Origin: Patescibacteria group bacterium
Lineage (GTDB): Bacteria; Patescibacteriota; Patescibacteriia; Patescibacteriales; UBA12465
Reading direction: 5' to 3'
Length of the DNA: 64,000 bases
NCBI GenBank assembly: GCA_041651355.1
Contig: JBAZJK010000001.1
Span: forward strand, 165,883 to 229,882
The position numbers were made by a program, and so were the translations under genes. This document shows, piece by piece, positions 17,928 to 28,029 of this stretch (the stretch's first letter is position 1; each line of letters opens with the position of its first letter). The notes below the pieces were generated by a model, which made no database searches, was not told the DNA's origin, and worked only from the letters and a program-made list of their open reading frames with translations.

Positions 17928-19253
17928 TTAGCGGCCGCTTCGGCTGAGAATGATAGCTAAAGTCTTTAGAGCGATCGTTGCGTCCAAATAGAGGGAGCGG
18001 TGTTTGAGATAGAATAGATCATATTGTAGTTTTTCCCAGGTATCTTCCAGAGAGGGCGAATGGTATTGGCCAGAGATCTGGTCCCAGCCGGTTAATCCCG
18101 GTTTGATAAGTAGGCGAGTACGATAGAAAGGAATTTCTTTGCTTAGATATTCTGCTAGGTCCGGCCTCTCTGGCCGAGGACCGATGAAGCTCATTTCTCC
18201 TTTTATTATATTAATCACTTGAGGAATCTCATCGATCCGGGTCCGCCTCAAAATCCGTCCGCTAGCAGTTACGCGGTAGTCATTTTCCAGGGTAGGAGAG
18301 AAATCATTGCCGCTCACCCGCATGCTTCGGAATTTTATCAGTCGAAAATTTTGGCCATTCTGCCCGAGCCGATTTTGGCAAAAGAAGACCGGTCCGCGGC
18401 TGTTGATTTTGATAGTCAAAGCGACAAGCGGCCAGAAGGGCAGACTGATGGTGAGGATTATCAGGGCTAAGATAAAATCGAAGCCGCGCTTGAAAATAAC
18501 GAAGGCATTCTTCTGTCCGGAGTTCAGATTATCTATGAACCAGGACTGGTCGATATCTTCGACCGGGATTTTTCCGGTCAGGAGTTCATAGAAGTCAGGG
18601 AAGTTGAAGTAATCAAGCTTGCTGGGGAGGCAATCGAACAACGCTTGGTTTAATTTTTCCGGCGCCCCTAGATTATCAGCTACCACGATCGTCTTGATAT
18701 TTTTTTCCTGCACCAAAGCCGGGAGATTATCTAAAATACTAGCATCTTTGATGATGATAGCCGCCTGATAGCCCCAATGGGGGTGTTCTTTGAGGCTGTT
18801 GATCAAATTGGAAACCGAACGCTTGTCGCCGATGATAGCTAGATTGTTTTTGGGCAGGTAAGTCTTGATGATGAAGTTAAATAGTAGCCGCCAGGCGAGG
18901 AATAAGGCTAAGAAGATCAGGATGAAAATTAAGAGGTTAGTTTTAGGGGCGATATCTGATTTTACATTGAGATAGAAATAGGCAGTGGACAGGGAACTGG
19001 CGACTAAGGTCGAATTGATGAGGAGACGGTTAAAACGGCGGCCGGAACTGACCACATTCAGGTTGTACAGGTTATTGATATAGAAAACTAGGAGCCAGAT
19101 CGGGAAGACGACTAAGAAATGGGGCCAGTGTTTCTGCCAAAGGAGGTTGATATCCAGGCTTTGATAGCGCAGGACTAAGGTCAGGTAAAGGGCGAGATTT
19201 AAGAGGAAAATATCGCCTAAGAGTAAACAGAGCTTTTTTAATTGTTTAGTCAT
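17928..19253 (-). CDS. Polyprenyl-phosphate glycosylphosphotransferase (WbaP-like initiating sugar transferase)
   Basis: N-terminal TM bundle and C-terminal bacterial sugar-transferase domain: KRGFDFILA..., RLIKFRSMR, DEIPQVINIIKGEMSFIGPRPERP. Confidence 0.9.
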   Translation of the reverse strand: MTKQLKKLCLLLGDIFLLNLALYLTLVLRYQSLDINLLWQKHWPHFLVVFPIWLLVFYINNLYNLNVVSSGRRFNRLLINSTLVASSLSTAYFYLNVKSDIAPKTNLLIFILIFLALFLAWRLLFNFIIKTYLPKNNLAIIGDKRSVSNLINSLKEHPHWGYQAAIIIKDASILDNLPALVQEKNIKTIVVADNLGAPEKLNQALFDCLPSKLDYFNFPDFYELLTGKIPVEDIDQSWFIDNLNSGQKNAFVIFKRGFDFILALIILTISLPFWPLVALTIKINSRGPVFFCQNRLGQNGQNFRLIKFRSMRVSGNDFSPTLENDYRVTASGRILRRTRIDEIPQVINIIKGEMSFIGPRPERPDLAEYLSKEIPFYRTRLLIKPGLTGWDQISGQYHSPSLEDTWEKLQYDLFYLKHRSLYLDATIALKTLAIILSRSGR

Positions 19254-19294
19254 GTAAGAAATATAGCAAAAACTTGGTGAAAAATCAATTTATA

Positions 19295-19323
19295 TTGACA
19301 TTTTTAATAAAATATGATATATT
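19295..19323 (+). promoter_or_regulatory. Sigma70-type promoter
   Basis: TTGACA, 17-nt spacer, TATATT. It lies 21 nt upstream of the ATG at 19344. Confidence 0.65.
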
Positions 19324-19343
19324 ATTAGGTTAGTAATTAAACT

Positions 19344-20780
19344 ATGTTAATATCAATATTTATTATTTTAATATTAGCTAAATTATATCATATGCTGACT
19401 AGAAATAAATCTAAAGCCTTAGTATTCTTCTTGGCCTTTCTATTAACTGGCCTATTTTTAGCCCGTCCCGCCTCGGCTTTGAGTCCGGCGATCCGCCAAG
19501 TGAAAACTCCAGATAACCCTGGCGTTTATTATCTTAACCACGCCAGCCAGACCAAGAAACTTTATTTGAACGAAGCGGCTTATTTGAGTTATGGCAACCA
19601 TTGGTCGGATGTGAAGGTGATTAGCCAGGAAGAGTTGAACCGTTGGGCCAATGCCGTCTTGGTTAAAAGCGAGGCTAGCCCGGATATTTATTATATCCGA
19701 GGGGGACAGAAGGCTTTGATTGCCTCTAGCTCGGATTTGCTTAGCTTCAACTTGAGCAAGGAGCCGATCATTACGGTCAGTCAGATAGATTTAGATCAAT
19801 ATATCTTAGCTTCTTATAGCGATCTGGGCTTAGTCGCCAACAATCCTAATCCTAACTTTAGTAACCAGCCCGTCGCTCCGGTTTTAGCCTCTTCCACCTT
19901 AGAGATTTCTTTTGATAAAGTGACCAATAATACTAATAACAATATTTTAGCCGGCACTAACAGCAATCTGATCGGTGTCCTTAACCTAAAAGCCGGCGCT
20001 AATGACGTGGCCATCAAGACTCTAAAAGTCGATGTTACTGGTGTCTACGAAAATAGTTTAATTGATAAAGTATATATTACTTTAGAAGATTATAAGATGG
20101 TAGAACGCTATTCCCACTTCCATGACCGCCAGCTAGAGGTTAATTTTCCTGATGATCCCTATTTGATAAGCGCTAATAACACCAGGACTGTCAGGGTTTG
20201 GGTGAATCTTAAACCTTGTACCACTAATTGCGGTAATCAGAGCTTACGGACGGAAATAAAGAGCGCGGCTAATATTGATAGTAACGCCTCTGTCTCTGCT
20301 AGCTTGCCGCTTGTTTCTAATTATCTTGGGATCATATCGGTTCCCAATCTCTTGGGCCAAGCTAAGATTGAAGAACAGTCAATCGCTTCTAATACTAGCG
20401 GTATAAATATGGTTTTAGGGAAATACCTTTTAAGCGAAGAATCAGGCCAAGAAGAAGTTTATTTAAAAGAATTAGTTTTAACCAATCAAGGTTCAGCTGG
20501 CACCAGAGACTTGCAGAGCTTTCGTCTGCAACAGGGCGATACGATCATTTCTCGGGTCAGTACGATGTCGGATAATAAGATTGTCTTCAAGGTTAATTAT
20601 TGCCGCATTAGCAAAGATAAGCCGGTAACCCTGATGGTTTTTGGCCAGAAATCTCCGGATTTCAACTCCGGCCAAACCCTCAACTTGGATGTTTCCAGTG
20701 CTTGGCTGGTCGGTAAGAATATCGGAGTTTCTCTTAATCCGGTGATCAATAATTTAAACGAAACTAAGATTATCAATTAA
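19344..20780 (+). CDS. Secreted or membrane-anchored hypothetical protein
   Basis: 478 aa with a signal/anchor segment ending ARPASA. Two YY(L/I)...K...L modules near the N-terminus resemble the C-terminal modules of the next gene. Confidence 0.6.
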   Translation: MLISIFIILILAKLYHMLTRNKSKALVFFLAFLLTGLFLARPASALSPAIRQVKTPDNPGVYYLNHASQTKKLYLNEAAYLSYGNHWSDVKVISQEELNRWANAVLVKSEASPDIYYIRGGQKALIASSSDLLSFNLSKEPIITVSQIDLDQYILASYSDLGLVANNPNPNFSNQPVAPVLASSTLEISFDKVTNNTNNNILAGTNSNLIGVLNLKAGANDVAIKTLKVDVTGVYENSLIDKVYITLEDYKMVERYSHFHDRQLEVNFPDDPYLISANNTRTVRVWVNLKPCTTNCGNQSLRTEIKSAANIDSNASVSASLPLVSNYLGIISVPNLLGQAKIEEQSIASNTSGINMVLGKYLLSEESGQEEVYLKELVLTNQGSAGTRDLQSFRLQQGDTIISRVSTMSDNKIVFKVNYCRISKDKPVTLMVFGQKSPDFNSGQTLNLDVSSAWLVGKNIGVSLNPVINNLNETKIIN

Positions 20781-20802
20781 ATCATAGATAATATAATAAA
20801 AT

Positions 20803-20828
20803 AAGGGCGATTTCGCCCTTATTTTTTA
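20803..20828 (+). terminator. Intrinsic terminator
   Basis: AAGGGCG ATTT CGCCCTT followed by ATTTTTTATT. Confidence 0.8.
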
Positions 20829-20848
20829 TTGGTTTTTTGTTTTTTCTT

Positions 20849-20857
20849 TGCTATAAT
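20849..20857 (+). promoter_or_regulatory. Extended -10 element (TGCTATAAT)
   Basis: Exact TGnTATAAT 50 nt upstream of the ATG at 20907. It lies inside the ORF-track N-terminal extension. Confidence 0.55.
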
Positions 20858-20906
20858 TAGAGGGTGCCTCGGGATTTTTGTCTTCCCGGGCCGATCAAAT
20901 ATTTTT

Positions 20907-23732
20907 ATGTCCAAGAAAATACAAAGAATTTTATTTTTGACGTTTTTTTTAGTTTTGCTTTTCGGTCTTAGCCTGACCGCCAGGGCGGAAAGCTGCGATA
21001 TCGATATCGATTTCATCTTGCGTGACCCAGACGGCAATTTCATTCCCGGAGCCAGCGTTGATATTTATCGCCAGGTGGTAGATGCTAATGGCTATCATAA
21101 GCCGGGGGCGCGTTTGGCTGGGGCTAAAGTCAACGCGACTCTGGGTTCGGCTTTAATCCACTACCGCGACGCTGAAGGCGGCGGAACGATTGTCGCCCAA
21201 GTTAAGACGAATAATAATGCTAACAGCTACTTCTATTTCTATGACCTAAGTGCGGCTTGCGGTGATAACAGTTTTGACGAGGTATTAAGCGGACTGAATG
21301 TCGTTTTGCGCGATGCCGAGGGTAATCTGCAAAAAGACGCTAAGATCAACGTTTATACCCAGAAATATGACGCTGATAATAAGCCGGTACGGGAACGTAA
21401 GGACCTGATCGCTACCTTGAATACTTCGGTTATCGGCGAAGCTAAGATTTACGTCCCCCAGGGGAGCGTAAATAGCGTTGACGGCCGTGGTTCAGATTAT
21501 TACGTAATCGAAATCGTCCGGCCGAAAGGTACTTTTTTCAAGTATGACCTAGGGGTTGTCGCCGGCGCTATGACTAACACGGAATATTTTTTAAGCGCTT
21601 TGCGGGCGAGTTTCACTAGTCCGGACGGATCCTTCTTTCCCGGTAAGACCAAGGTGGAAGTTTTTAAACAAACAACCGATGCTAATAACCAGCGCCAGAA
21701 AGGGAGCAAGGTTGGGGAGTTTTATACGGATGACAGCGGCACCGGTACTTTTGAATATCCCGCCGGCCTCTATGTCGCCGGCCTAATTGGCAAGGATGGT
21801 AAATATCAATATTTCTGGGACCTAGAAATCGAAGACCAGAAGTTAGCAGAATACGATCTTTCCTCGGATACTAATTGGACGCCTAATGCTGGCGCCTGTG
21901 AAAGCAATTCCACTTTTACTCTGACTGTTGGGGATTACCGTAACCAGCCTTTAGCCGGTTTAAAATTCGAGCTCTATGAACAGTCGGCTAACCTAAATGG
22001 CCAAGCGGCCCCTATCGGCCAGCCGGTGGTAAAAGGCGTCATCGATTCCGGCGGACGGGCGATTTCTACCTTCAAGCCGGATTCTCGTAAGACCTATGCT
22101 TTAAAAATCTACGATAAAAGCCCGAATTTCGGGGAATTTTGGTTCTTTAACGCCGTGAAGTTCGTCTGCGGCTATGACCGCAATCTCAGCAAGAATCTGC
22201 CTGGGCTCAAGATAGTCTTGCGCGATTCCTTAGGACGGCTCAAGAAGAATGCGGATATTTCTATTTACACTCAGCAGTTAGACGCTGATGGTAATCCGGT
22301 TAGGGATAAGAAAGATTTGGTGGCTACTCTGAATACTGGTTCAGAGGGCCAAGTTAATTTATATGTGGCTTCAGCCCATCCCTATGATTTGGAAAAACCA
22401 GGCGTCTATGTTTTAACGACGGTCGGTGATAAGAATTCTCAATTCACCCTCTATAACGTGAAAGCGAATGCTAACCAGGATACGGTCGTTAATTTCAATC
22501 TGAGCGAAATTTTCGTGACCGCCAAGAATGCTTCCGGACAGCTCCTGGCCAATCAGGAGATAAAATTATACGAACAGACCCAGTCTTCCCAGGGCAGGGC
22601 TTTGGGGCGGCTTATTACTCAAGGCAAGTCTGATAAAAGCGGGGTGTGGCGAGTAGAATATCCGGCCGGGAGTTATGCTTTAGTTATAAAAGATGACCTT
22701 AAACAGGATAATGTCTTTTGGGATCTCAAGATGCAAGATGGCATTTCTAACCGTTTCGTTATCAACGCTAATTTAACCCAGATAAGCATCAATAATTCCC
22801 AAGTTATAAATTTGTCTTCAGCTTTAAATCTCAAGGTTTTCGCTTTAACTAACAGCGGCGGTAACTCCTATATCAAAGGCAAGGAATTGGGCGCTCTAGC
22901 TTTCAAGAATGGGATTAACAATCGTTTCTCGATCGCTAATGGCTATTATCTGGTGTCCTATGTTGATAGCAAGAATAAAGTGGAATACGGACAGCCTTTA
23001 GGCGCCCAGAATGGCAAGTTGCAAAAAATTACCTTAAACCTTAAAGCCAGTAGTCGGATTACCGGCGACCAAGTCTTTACTTTAAGCCCGATTCCTTTAA
23101 GTACGGCAAGCAACGTCACGCCCGCCTCATCTGGTAATCCGGCTGCTTCTGGTTCCACTGGCGCCGTTAACACGGCTTTAGCTAATAAATTAAAGGGCTA
23201 TATCCTTTTACAAATAGAAAATCAGGGACAAGCTTGGTATGTTAATCCTAAGACTGGCAAGCGCCGCTATCTAGCCAACGGTCAGGCAGCTTTCAACCTG
23301 ATGCGCTCTTTGGGTCTGGGCATCAGCGACGCTAATTTGCGCAAGCTGCCGGTCGGTTTGGACAACCGTTTCTATGGCAATTTCGAAGATAGCGACGGCG
23401 ATGGATTGCCCGATGTCCTAGAAAGGCCCATTGGTACCAGTGTGTTAAACAGCGATACCGACAGCGATAGTTTCTTGGACGGCCAGGAAGTGGCTAACAG
23501 CTTCGATCCTTGGCGGTCTAACCAGCGTTGGCCTCTGGATGTTAAATTAGTGGAAGCTGTCAAAGGGAAAATATTATTACAAGTTAATGCTGCCGGCGAA
23601 GCCTGGTATGTCTATCCTAAGAACGGCAAGCGCTATTTCTTAGCTGATGGAGCGACTGCTTTTCAGATTATGAAATATCTGGGTTTAGGGGTGAGTAATC
23701 AGGATTTAGCCAAAATACCGGTGGAAGAATAA
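20907..23732 (+). CDS. Large secreted repeat protein with beta-sandwich repeats, a TSP3-like Ca-binding motif and a duplicated C-terminal module
   Basis: Signal peptide MSKKIQRILFLTFFLVLLFGLSLTARA. Internal repeats VVLRDAEGNLQKDAKINVYTQKYDADNKPVRERKDLIATLNT and IVLRDSLGRLKKNADISIYTQQLDADGNPVRDKKDLVATLNT. DSDGDGLPD / NSDTDSDS motif. Confidence 0.7.
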   Translation: MSKKIQRILFLTFFLVLLFGLSLTARAESCDIDIDFILRDPDGNFIPGASVDIYRQVVDANGYHKPGARLAGAKVNATLGSALIHYRDAEGGGTIVAQVKTNNNANSYFYFYDLSAACGDNSFDEVLSGLNVVLRDAEGNLQKDAKINVYTQKYDADNKPVRERKDLIATLNTSVIGEAKIYVPQGSVNSVDGRGSDYYVIEIVRPKGTFFKYDLGVVAGAMTNTEYFLSALRASFTSPDGSFFPGKTKVEVFKQTTDANNQRQKGSKVGEFYTDDSGTGTFEYPAGLYVAGLIGKDGKYQYFWDLEIEDQKLAEYDLSSDTNWTPNAGACESNSTFTLTVGDYRNQPLAGLKFELYEQSANLNGQAAPIGQPVVKGVIDSGGRAISTFKPDSRKTYALKIYDKSPNFGEFWFFNAVKFVCGYDRNLSKNLPGLKIVLRDSLGRLKKNADISIYTQQLDADGNPVRDKKDLVATLNTGSEGQVNLYVASAHPYDLEKPGVYVLTTVGDKNSQFTLYNVKANANQDTVVNFNLSEIFVTAKNASGQLLANQEIKLYEQTQSSQGRALGRLITQGKSDKSGVWRVEYPAGSYALVIKDDLKQDNVFWDLKMQDGISNRFVINANLTQISINNSQVINLSSALNLKVFALTNSGGNSYIKGKELGALAFKNGINNRFSIANGYYLVSYVDSKNKVEYGQPLGAQNGKLQKITLNLKASSRITGDQVFTLSPIPLSTASNVTPASSGNPAASGSTGAVNTALANKLKGYILLQIENQGQAWYVNPKTGKRRYLANGQAAFNLMRSLGLGISDANLRKLPVGLDNRFYGNFEDSDGDGLPDVLERPIGTSVLNSDTDSDSFLDGQEVANSFDPWRSNQRWPLDVKLVEAVKGKILLQVNAAGEAWYVYPKNGKRYFLADGATAFQIMKYLGLGVSNQDLAKIPVEE
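23189..23726 (+). repeat. Duplicated ~55-aa C-terminal module (protein-level repeat)
   Basis: KLKGYILLQIENQGQAWYVNPKTGKRRYLANGQAAFNLMRSLGLGISDANLRKLPVG versus AVKGKILLQVNAAGEAWYVYPKNGKRYFLADGATAFQIMKYLGLGVSNQDLAKIPV. Confidence 0.8.
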
Positions 23733-23733
23733 T

Positions 23734-24792
23734 ATGGCAAAAACTCCTCTCCCAACTAAGACGCTAGGAGGAGCGTGGCCGGCTTTAGGCAATCAAGCAG
23801 CGGTTGATTTTTTAGCAAACAATATTAGCAAGGGAAAAGTGGCCCAGGCTTATATCTTCGCTGGACCGGCGGATTTAGGGAAATTCAGCCTGGCCACCGC
23901 CTTCGCCCGTAATCTTTTAGCGGCCGACTCTTCTTTAGCAGCTGATTTCTTGGATCGTCCGCAAGCCGATGATCGTTCCGATTTTTCTGGTTTAAGCGGT
24001 GATATCCATATTTTGCAACTTGAAGAGGGTAAGAAGAATATCAGTATCGAACAGACCCGGGCCTTCATTAAGATTTTGAGCCTGAGTTCTTTCCTTAATT
24101 CCTATAAGATTGGGATTATCCGGGAAGCTGAGAAGTTGAGCTTGGAAGCGGCTAATTCCTTGCTTAAGACCCTGGAAGAATCGCAGCCTAAGGTGGTAAT
24201 TATTCTTACAGTTAATGATTTAACCGCTTTACCGGCCACCTTAGTATCCCGTAGTCAGATCCTTTATTTCCATCCAGTCAGTTCGGATTTGATCTATGAT
24301 TTTCTGGTCAAGAGTGAACAATGCGACCGTAATTTGGCTCGCGATTTGGCTAATTTGGCTGCCGGTCGGCCTTTAAGGGCTTTAATGTTTTTTCAAGATA
24401 GCGAGGCTTACGAGAATTATCAGGCTATAGCCAGGGTCTTCTTGAACGCTTTTAACCAGGATTTGAATCAGCGCTTGGCTGCTTTAGCCGCTGTCTTCCC
24501 AAAGAACTACAGCGAGCTTGATCCACAGAGCGGCGCCAGAGCCATTTTAGAAATTTGGCAGAGTTTGGTCCGTGACCTTTTGCTAATCAGCCTGGAAGCA
24601 AAAGAGCTGGTCCAACATTCTGCCTTGGCGGCTGAGCTCCAAGCGGCTAGCGCCAGTTTAGGGGATCCGAGCAGCGAGACGGCTCGACTTTATCTGGTCG
24701 GCCTATTGGAAAGGATAAGGACCGGCCAAAGTTATCTGGCTTCTTATGTCAGCCCCGTAAATGTTTTAGAAAATATTTTGCTTAATTTATAA
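23734..24792 (+). CDS. holB: DNA polymerase III delta-prime subunit
   Basis: AQAYIFAGPADLGKFSLATAFARNLL (degenerate P-loop) and IGIIREAEKLSLEAANSLLKTLEE. Confidence 0.8.
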   Translation: MAKTPLPTKTLGGAWPALGNQAAVDFLANNISKGKVAQAYIFAGPADLGKFSLATAFARNLLAADSSLAADFLDRPQADDRSDFSGLSGDIHILQLEEGKKNISIEQTRAFIKILSLSSFLNSYKIGIIREAEKLSLEAANSLLKTLEESQPKVVIILTVNDLTALPATLVSRSQILYFHPVSSDLIYDFLVKSEQCDRNLARDLANLAAGRPLRALMFFQDSEAYENYQAIARVFLNAFNQDLNQRLAALAAVFPKNYSELDPQSGARAILEIWQSLVRDLLLISLEAKELVQHSALAAELQAASASLGDPSSETARLYLVGLLERIRTGQSYLASYVSPVNVLENILLNL

Positions 24793-24802
24793 TTTTAGAA
24801 AT

Positions 24803-25939
24803 ATGCATAAATCAATTTTAAAAATCAGCCTGCCACTTCTGCTTTTGCCTCTAGTGCTGTCAGGTTGTTCCTTGTCTTTTAACTCTGACCAGGGAGTGGA
24901 GAAGAACATCCCCGACGGCGGCGTCTATGTCTCCACTAACCGCGGCGACGCCTGGAAACAGATGGCGACCGTGCCGACTGTCGGCGGTAAAAAATCCTTA
25001 GTCTATACCGATGTTAGCACCTTAAGTATGGATCCAAGCGATAGCCGAGCCGTCTATTTCGGAGCGGTCGGAAACGGCCTTTATTATACATATAATATCG
25101 CTAACGGTTGGCGTGAGGACGAAATGTTCGCTAAAGCCAGCGTCAACGACGTCAAGGTCGACCCTAAAGCCAAGTGCACGATTTACGTTGCCGCCGGCAA
25201 CAAGCTCTTCCGTTCCACCGATTGTAGCCGCAGTTTTGAACAGATTTATTATGATAACAATACTGGCGTGACCTTGAATTCGATCGTTGTGGACCAGTAT
25301 AACCCTAAAAACATCTATATTGGGACTTCCCGAGGCGAGATTATAAAAAGCGTGGACAGCGGCGCTTCTTGGCGAACCATCCAGAGGCTCGACCCCAAGG
25401 AAGGCGTGAGCCGTTTGATTATTAATCCTTTGGACAGCCGCCAGTTCTTCGTGGCCTCGACCAAGAGCAATATCTTTAGCTTCAGCTCTAATACTAATAC
25501 CAATGCTTCTAGTACGGCTGATGTTGAAGCTAACTTCGTGGTCGATAATTGGCTGGCTCTGTCTGATATCATGAAAAGCTCAGGCATGAAAGGCGACTTC
25601 AAAGATATGCTATATTGTCCAGCTGATCCCAAGATCCTAATAGCAACAGACAAGACGATCTTGCGTTCTGGAGATAATGGTTTGACTTGGGAGAACATCA
25701 ATTTGATCCCTTCGGAAAAAGACGCAGTGATCAATGCCCTGACAGTTAATCCCAAGAATTGCCAAGAGATATATTATGTCACTAACACCACTTTCTATCG
25801 TTCGCTCGATGGCGGTGTCACCTGGACGACCAGAAAGCTGCCCACCACCCGTTCTGGACGCAAGCTATTAATTGACTTTAACAACCCCGATACCCTATAC
25901 TTAGGGACGAAAAAGCTAGAAAAACAATCTAGCCTCTAA
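24803..25939 (+). CDS. Lipoprotein with BNR/Asp-box beta-propeller repeats
   Basis: Lipobox LSGC. Asp-boxes STNRGDAWK, SVDSGASWRT, SGDNGLTWEN, SLDGGVTWTT. Confidence 0.75.
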   Translation: MHKSILKISLPLLLLPLVLSGCSLSFNSDQGVEKNIPDGGVYVSTNRGDAWKQMATVPTVGGKKSLVYTDVSTLSMDPSDSRAVYFGAVGNGLYYTYNIANGWREDEMFAKASVNDVKVDPKAKCTIYVAAGNKLFRSTDCSRSFEQIYYDNNTGVTLNSIVVDQYNPKNIYIGTSRGEIIKSVDSGASWRTIQRLDPKEGVSRLIINPLDSRQFFVASTKSNIFSFSSNTNTNASSTADVEANFVVDNWLALSDIMKSSGMKGDFKDMLYCPADPKILIATDKTILRSGDNGLTWENINLIPSEKDAVINALTVNPKNCQEIYYVTNTTFYRSLDGGVTWTTRKLPTTRSGRKLLIDFNNPDTLYLGTKKLEKQSSL

Positions 25940-25950
25940 ATATCTATCAT

Positions 25951-26505
25951 ATGAATCAATATTTAAATGACAAACAAGCTGACTTTGCCCAAGCTTTAGA
26001 ATTTTTTAAGAAAGAAATCGCGACTTTGCGGACTGGCCGGGCTAATCCGGCAGTTTTAGACAGTGTTCAGGTCGAGGCCTATGGCGTTTTAAATCCGCTG
26101 AATGCCGTGGGTAATATCAGCGTTAGCGATGCTCGGAGTATCGTTATCGCTCCTTGGGACAAGACTGTCCTCAAGGCGATTGAGAAAGCGATTATTGAGG
26201 CTGATTTAGGCCTGGGGGTAGTGAATGAAGGCGATAAAATTCGCTTGACCGTACCGGCCTTAACCGAAGAGAACCGTAAAGAATTAGCTAAGCGCCTGAG
26301 TGAGAAGATGGAGAAGAGCCGGATCGTCTTGCGCCAGGCCAGAGAAGAAGTGAAATCTAAGATTGAAGCCGCTTTTGGCGCCAAAGAAATCAGCGAAGAT
26401 GAAAAATTCCGTTTCATTAAAGAATTAGATGAGTTTGCGGCCAAGAAGAATGAAGAATTAAAAGAAATCAAGGACCGTAAGGAGAAAGATATTATGGAAA
26501 TCTAA
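25951..26505 (+). CDS. frr: Ribosome recycling factor
   Basis: 184 aa with full-length RRF pattern (LRTGRANPAVLDSV, LTVPALTEENRKELAK). Confidence 0.95.
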   Translation: MNQYLNDKQADFAQALEFFKKEIATLRTGRANPAVLDSVQVEAYGVLNPLNAVGNISVSDARSIVIAPWDKTVLKAIEKAIIEADLGLGVVNEGDKIRLTVPALTEENRKELAKRLSEKMEKSRIVLRQAREEVKSKIEAAFGAKEISEDEKFRFIKELDEFAAKKNEELKEIKDRKEKDIMEI

Positions 26506-26519
26506 ATTTAGCTTTTATT

Positions 26520-27626
26520 ATGTTTTTTACGATTATCATATTCATTATTGTATTGTCAGTTTTAGTCTTTGCCCATGAGCTTGGCCATTTTTGGACCGCC
26601 AGACGTCTGGGCGTGAAGGCTGAAGAATTCGGCTTCGGTTTTCCTCCCCGGGTATTCGGCTGGCAGTTTAAATCTGGCCGCTTTTATTTCATACGGGGCA
26701 AGAGGGCTTTGACCGAGGCTGAGAGTGAACGCGGAACAGTCTATTCCTTGAATTGGATCCCGATCGGCGGTTTCGTGAAGATAAAAGGCGAGAACGGCGA
26801 GGGTCTGAGCGAGAAAGATAGCTTCGTTTCTAAGAAGATTTGGCAAAGAGCCTTGATATTGGCGGCCGGAGTCATCATGAACATCTTTTTAGCTTTCGTC
26901 CTCTTTTCTGCTTGCTTTATGATCGGCGCGCCCCAAGCGACGGATAGCCAGGGCCAGGTGCAAATCGAAGAAGTTATGGCTAAGAGTCCAGCAGAAAAAG
27001 CCGGAATCAAAGCCGGCGACCTGATAGTCAGCCTTGATGGCCAAGCTTTTTCCCAAGTCAGTGAAGTCCAGAATTTCATCAGTCAAAAGAAAGACCAGCC
27101 TTTTGACGTAGAAGTAAAGAGGGGAGGGGAAATAGTTAAGATAAATATTAAAGCCGAAGTAAAGGATGATAAGGCTTTAATCGGAGTCGGCCTCGGACAG
27201 ATCGAGATTGTCCGTTATCCTTGGTATAAAGCGATTGCCGAAGGCTTTAAATATACTTTTTCCGTCCTCTGGCTGATTATCGTAGCCTTCTTTGAGCTCT
27301 TGCGTAATTTAGTGACTGGCCAGAGCGTGGGTGAAGCCGTTGGCGGCCCGGTGCGCATCGCCCAGATGACTGGAGACGTAGCGCGGGTCGGCCTCGTCTA
27401 TCTCTTGAATTTCACCGCTCTTCTATCTTTGAATCTGGCGGTCATAAACTTCTTTCCTTTTCCCGCCCTTGATGGCGGACGTTTGCTCTTTCTCGTGATC
27501 GAGAAGATAAAGGGCCGGCCGGTTAAGAGGGAATTTGAAGCCGCCATGCACAATATCGGCTTTATCCTGCTTATGATGCTGATTATCTGGGTGACTATCA
27601 AAGACGTGCTCAGGATATTCAATTAA
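26520..27626 (+). CDS. rseP: Site-2 (M50) intramembrane metalloprotease with a PDZ domain
   Basis: HELGH, central PDZ (SPAEKAGIKAGDLIVSLDG), and C-terminal NLAVINFFPFPALDGG. Confidence 0.9.
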   Translation: MFFTIIIFIIVLSVLVFAHELGHFWTARRLGVKAEEFGFGFPPRVFGWQFKSGRFYFIRGKRALTEAESERGTVYSLNWIPIGGFVKIKGENGEGLSEKDSFVSKKIWQRALILAAGVIMNIFLAFVLFSACFMIGAPQATDSQGQVQIEEVMAKSPAEKAGIKAGDLIVSLDGQAFSQVSEVQNFISQKKDQPFDVEVKRGGEIVKINIKAEVKDDKALIGVGLGQIEIVRYPWYKAIAEGFKYTFSVLWLIIVAFFELLRNLVTGQSVGEAVGGPVRIAQMTGDVARVGLVYLLNFTALLSLNLAVINFFPFPALDGGRLLFLVIEKIKGRPVKREFEAAMHNIGFILLMMLIIWVTIKDVLRIFN

Positions 27627-27643
27627 TAATTAAATATAAATTT

Positions 27644-27967
27644 ATGAACATTAACATCAAGTCAACACGTTTAGAATTGACCGACGCTATCCGTGATTAT
27701 TTCCAGGACAAGATGGACATGCTCGATAAGTATTTAGGAGATTTAGAGGTGATAAACTGCGATGTAGAGATCGAGAAAGCGGTCGGCGGCCAACACAAGG
27801 GCCAGATTTATCGGGCGGAGGTCAACATCCAGGTGCCGCGCGAGATTCTGCGGGTAGAAAAAGTGGAGAAGGATCTGTACAAGGCCATTGATAAGGTTAA
27901 GGATCATTTGGAACTGGTTATTAAGAAGTATCGAGAGAAGAATCGGGATAAGAAAAGAGGAAAATAG
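27644..27967 (+). CDS. hpf: Ribosome hibernation-promoting factor (short HPF/RaiA)
   Basis: 107 aa: MNINIKSTRLELTDAIRDYFQDKMDMLDKY. Confidence 0.9.
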   Translation: MNINIKSTRLELTDAIRDYFQDKMDMLDKYLGDLEVINCDVEIEKAVGGQHKGQIYRAEVNIQVPREILRVEKVEKDLYKAIDKVKDHLELVIKKYREKNRDKKRGK

Positions 27968-27983
27968 CTATAGCTATAGAAAA

Positions 27984-28010
27984 ACCCTGCATTGTTTGCA
28001 GGGTTTTTTG
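27984..28010. terminator. Bidirectional intrinsic terminator
   Basis: ACCCTGC ATTGTTT GCAGGGT flanked by AAAA and TTTTTT, between convergent genes. Confidence 0.85.
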
Positions 28011-28029
28011 TCATATTAATAAAGTACGA

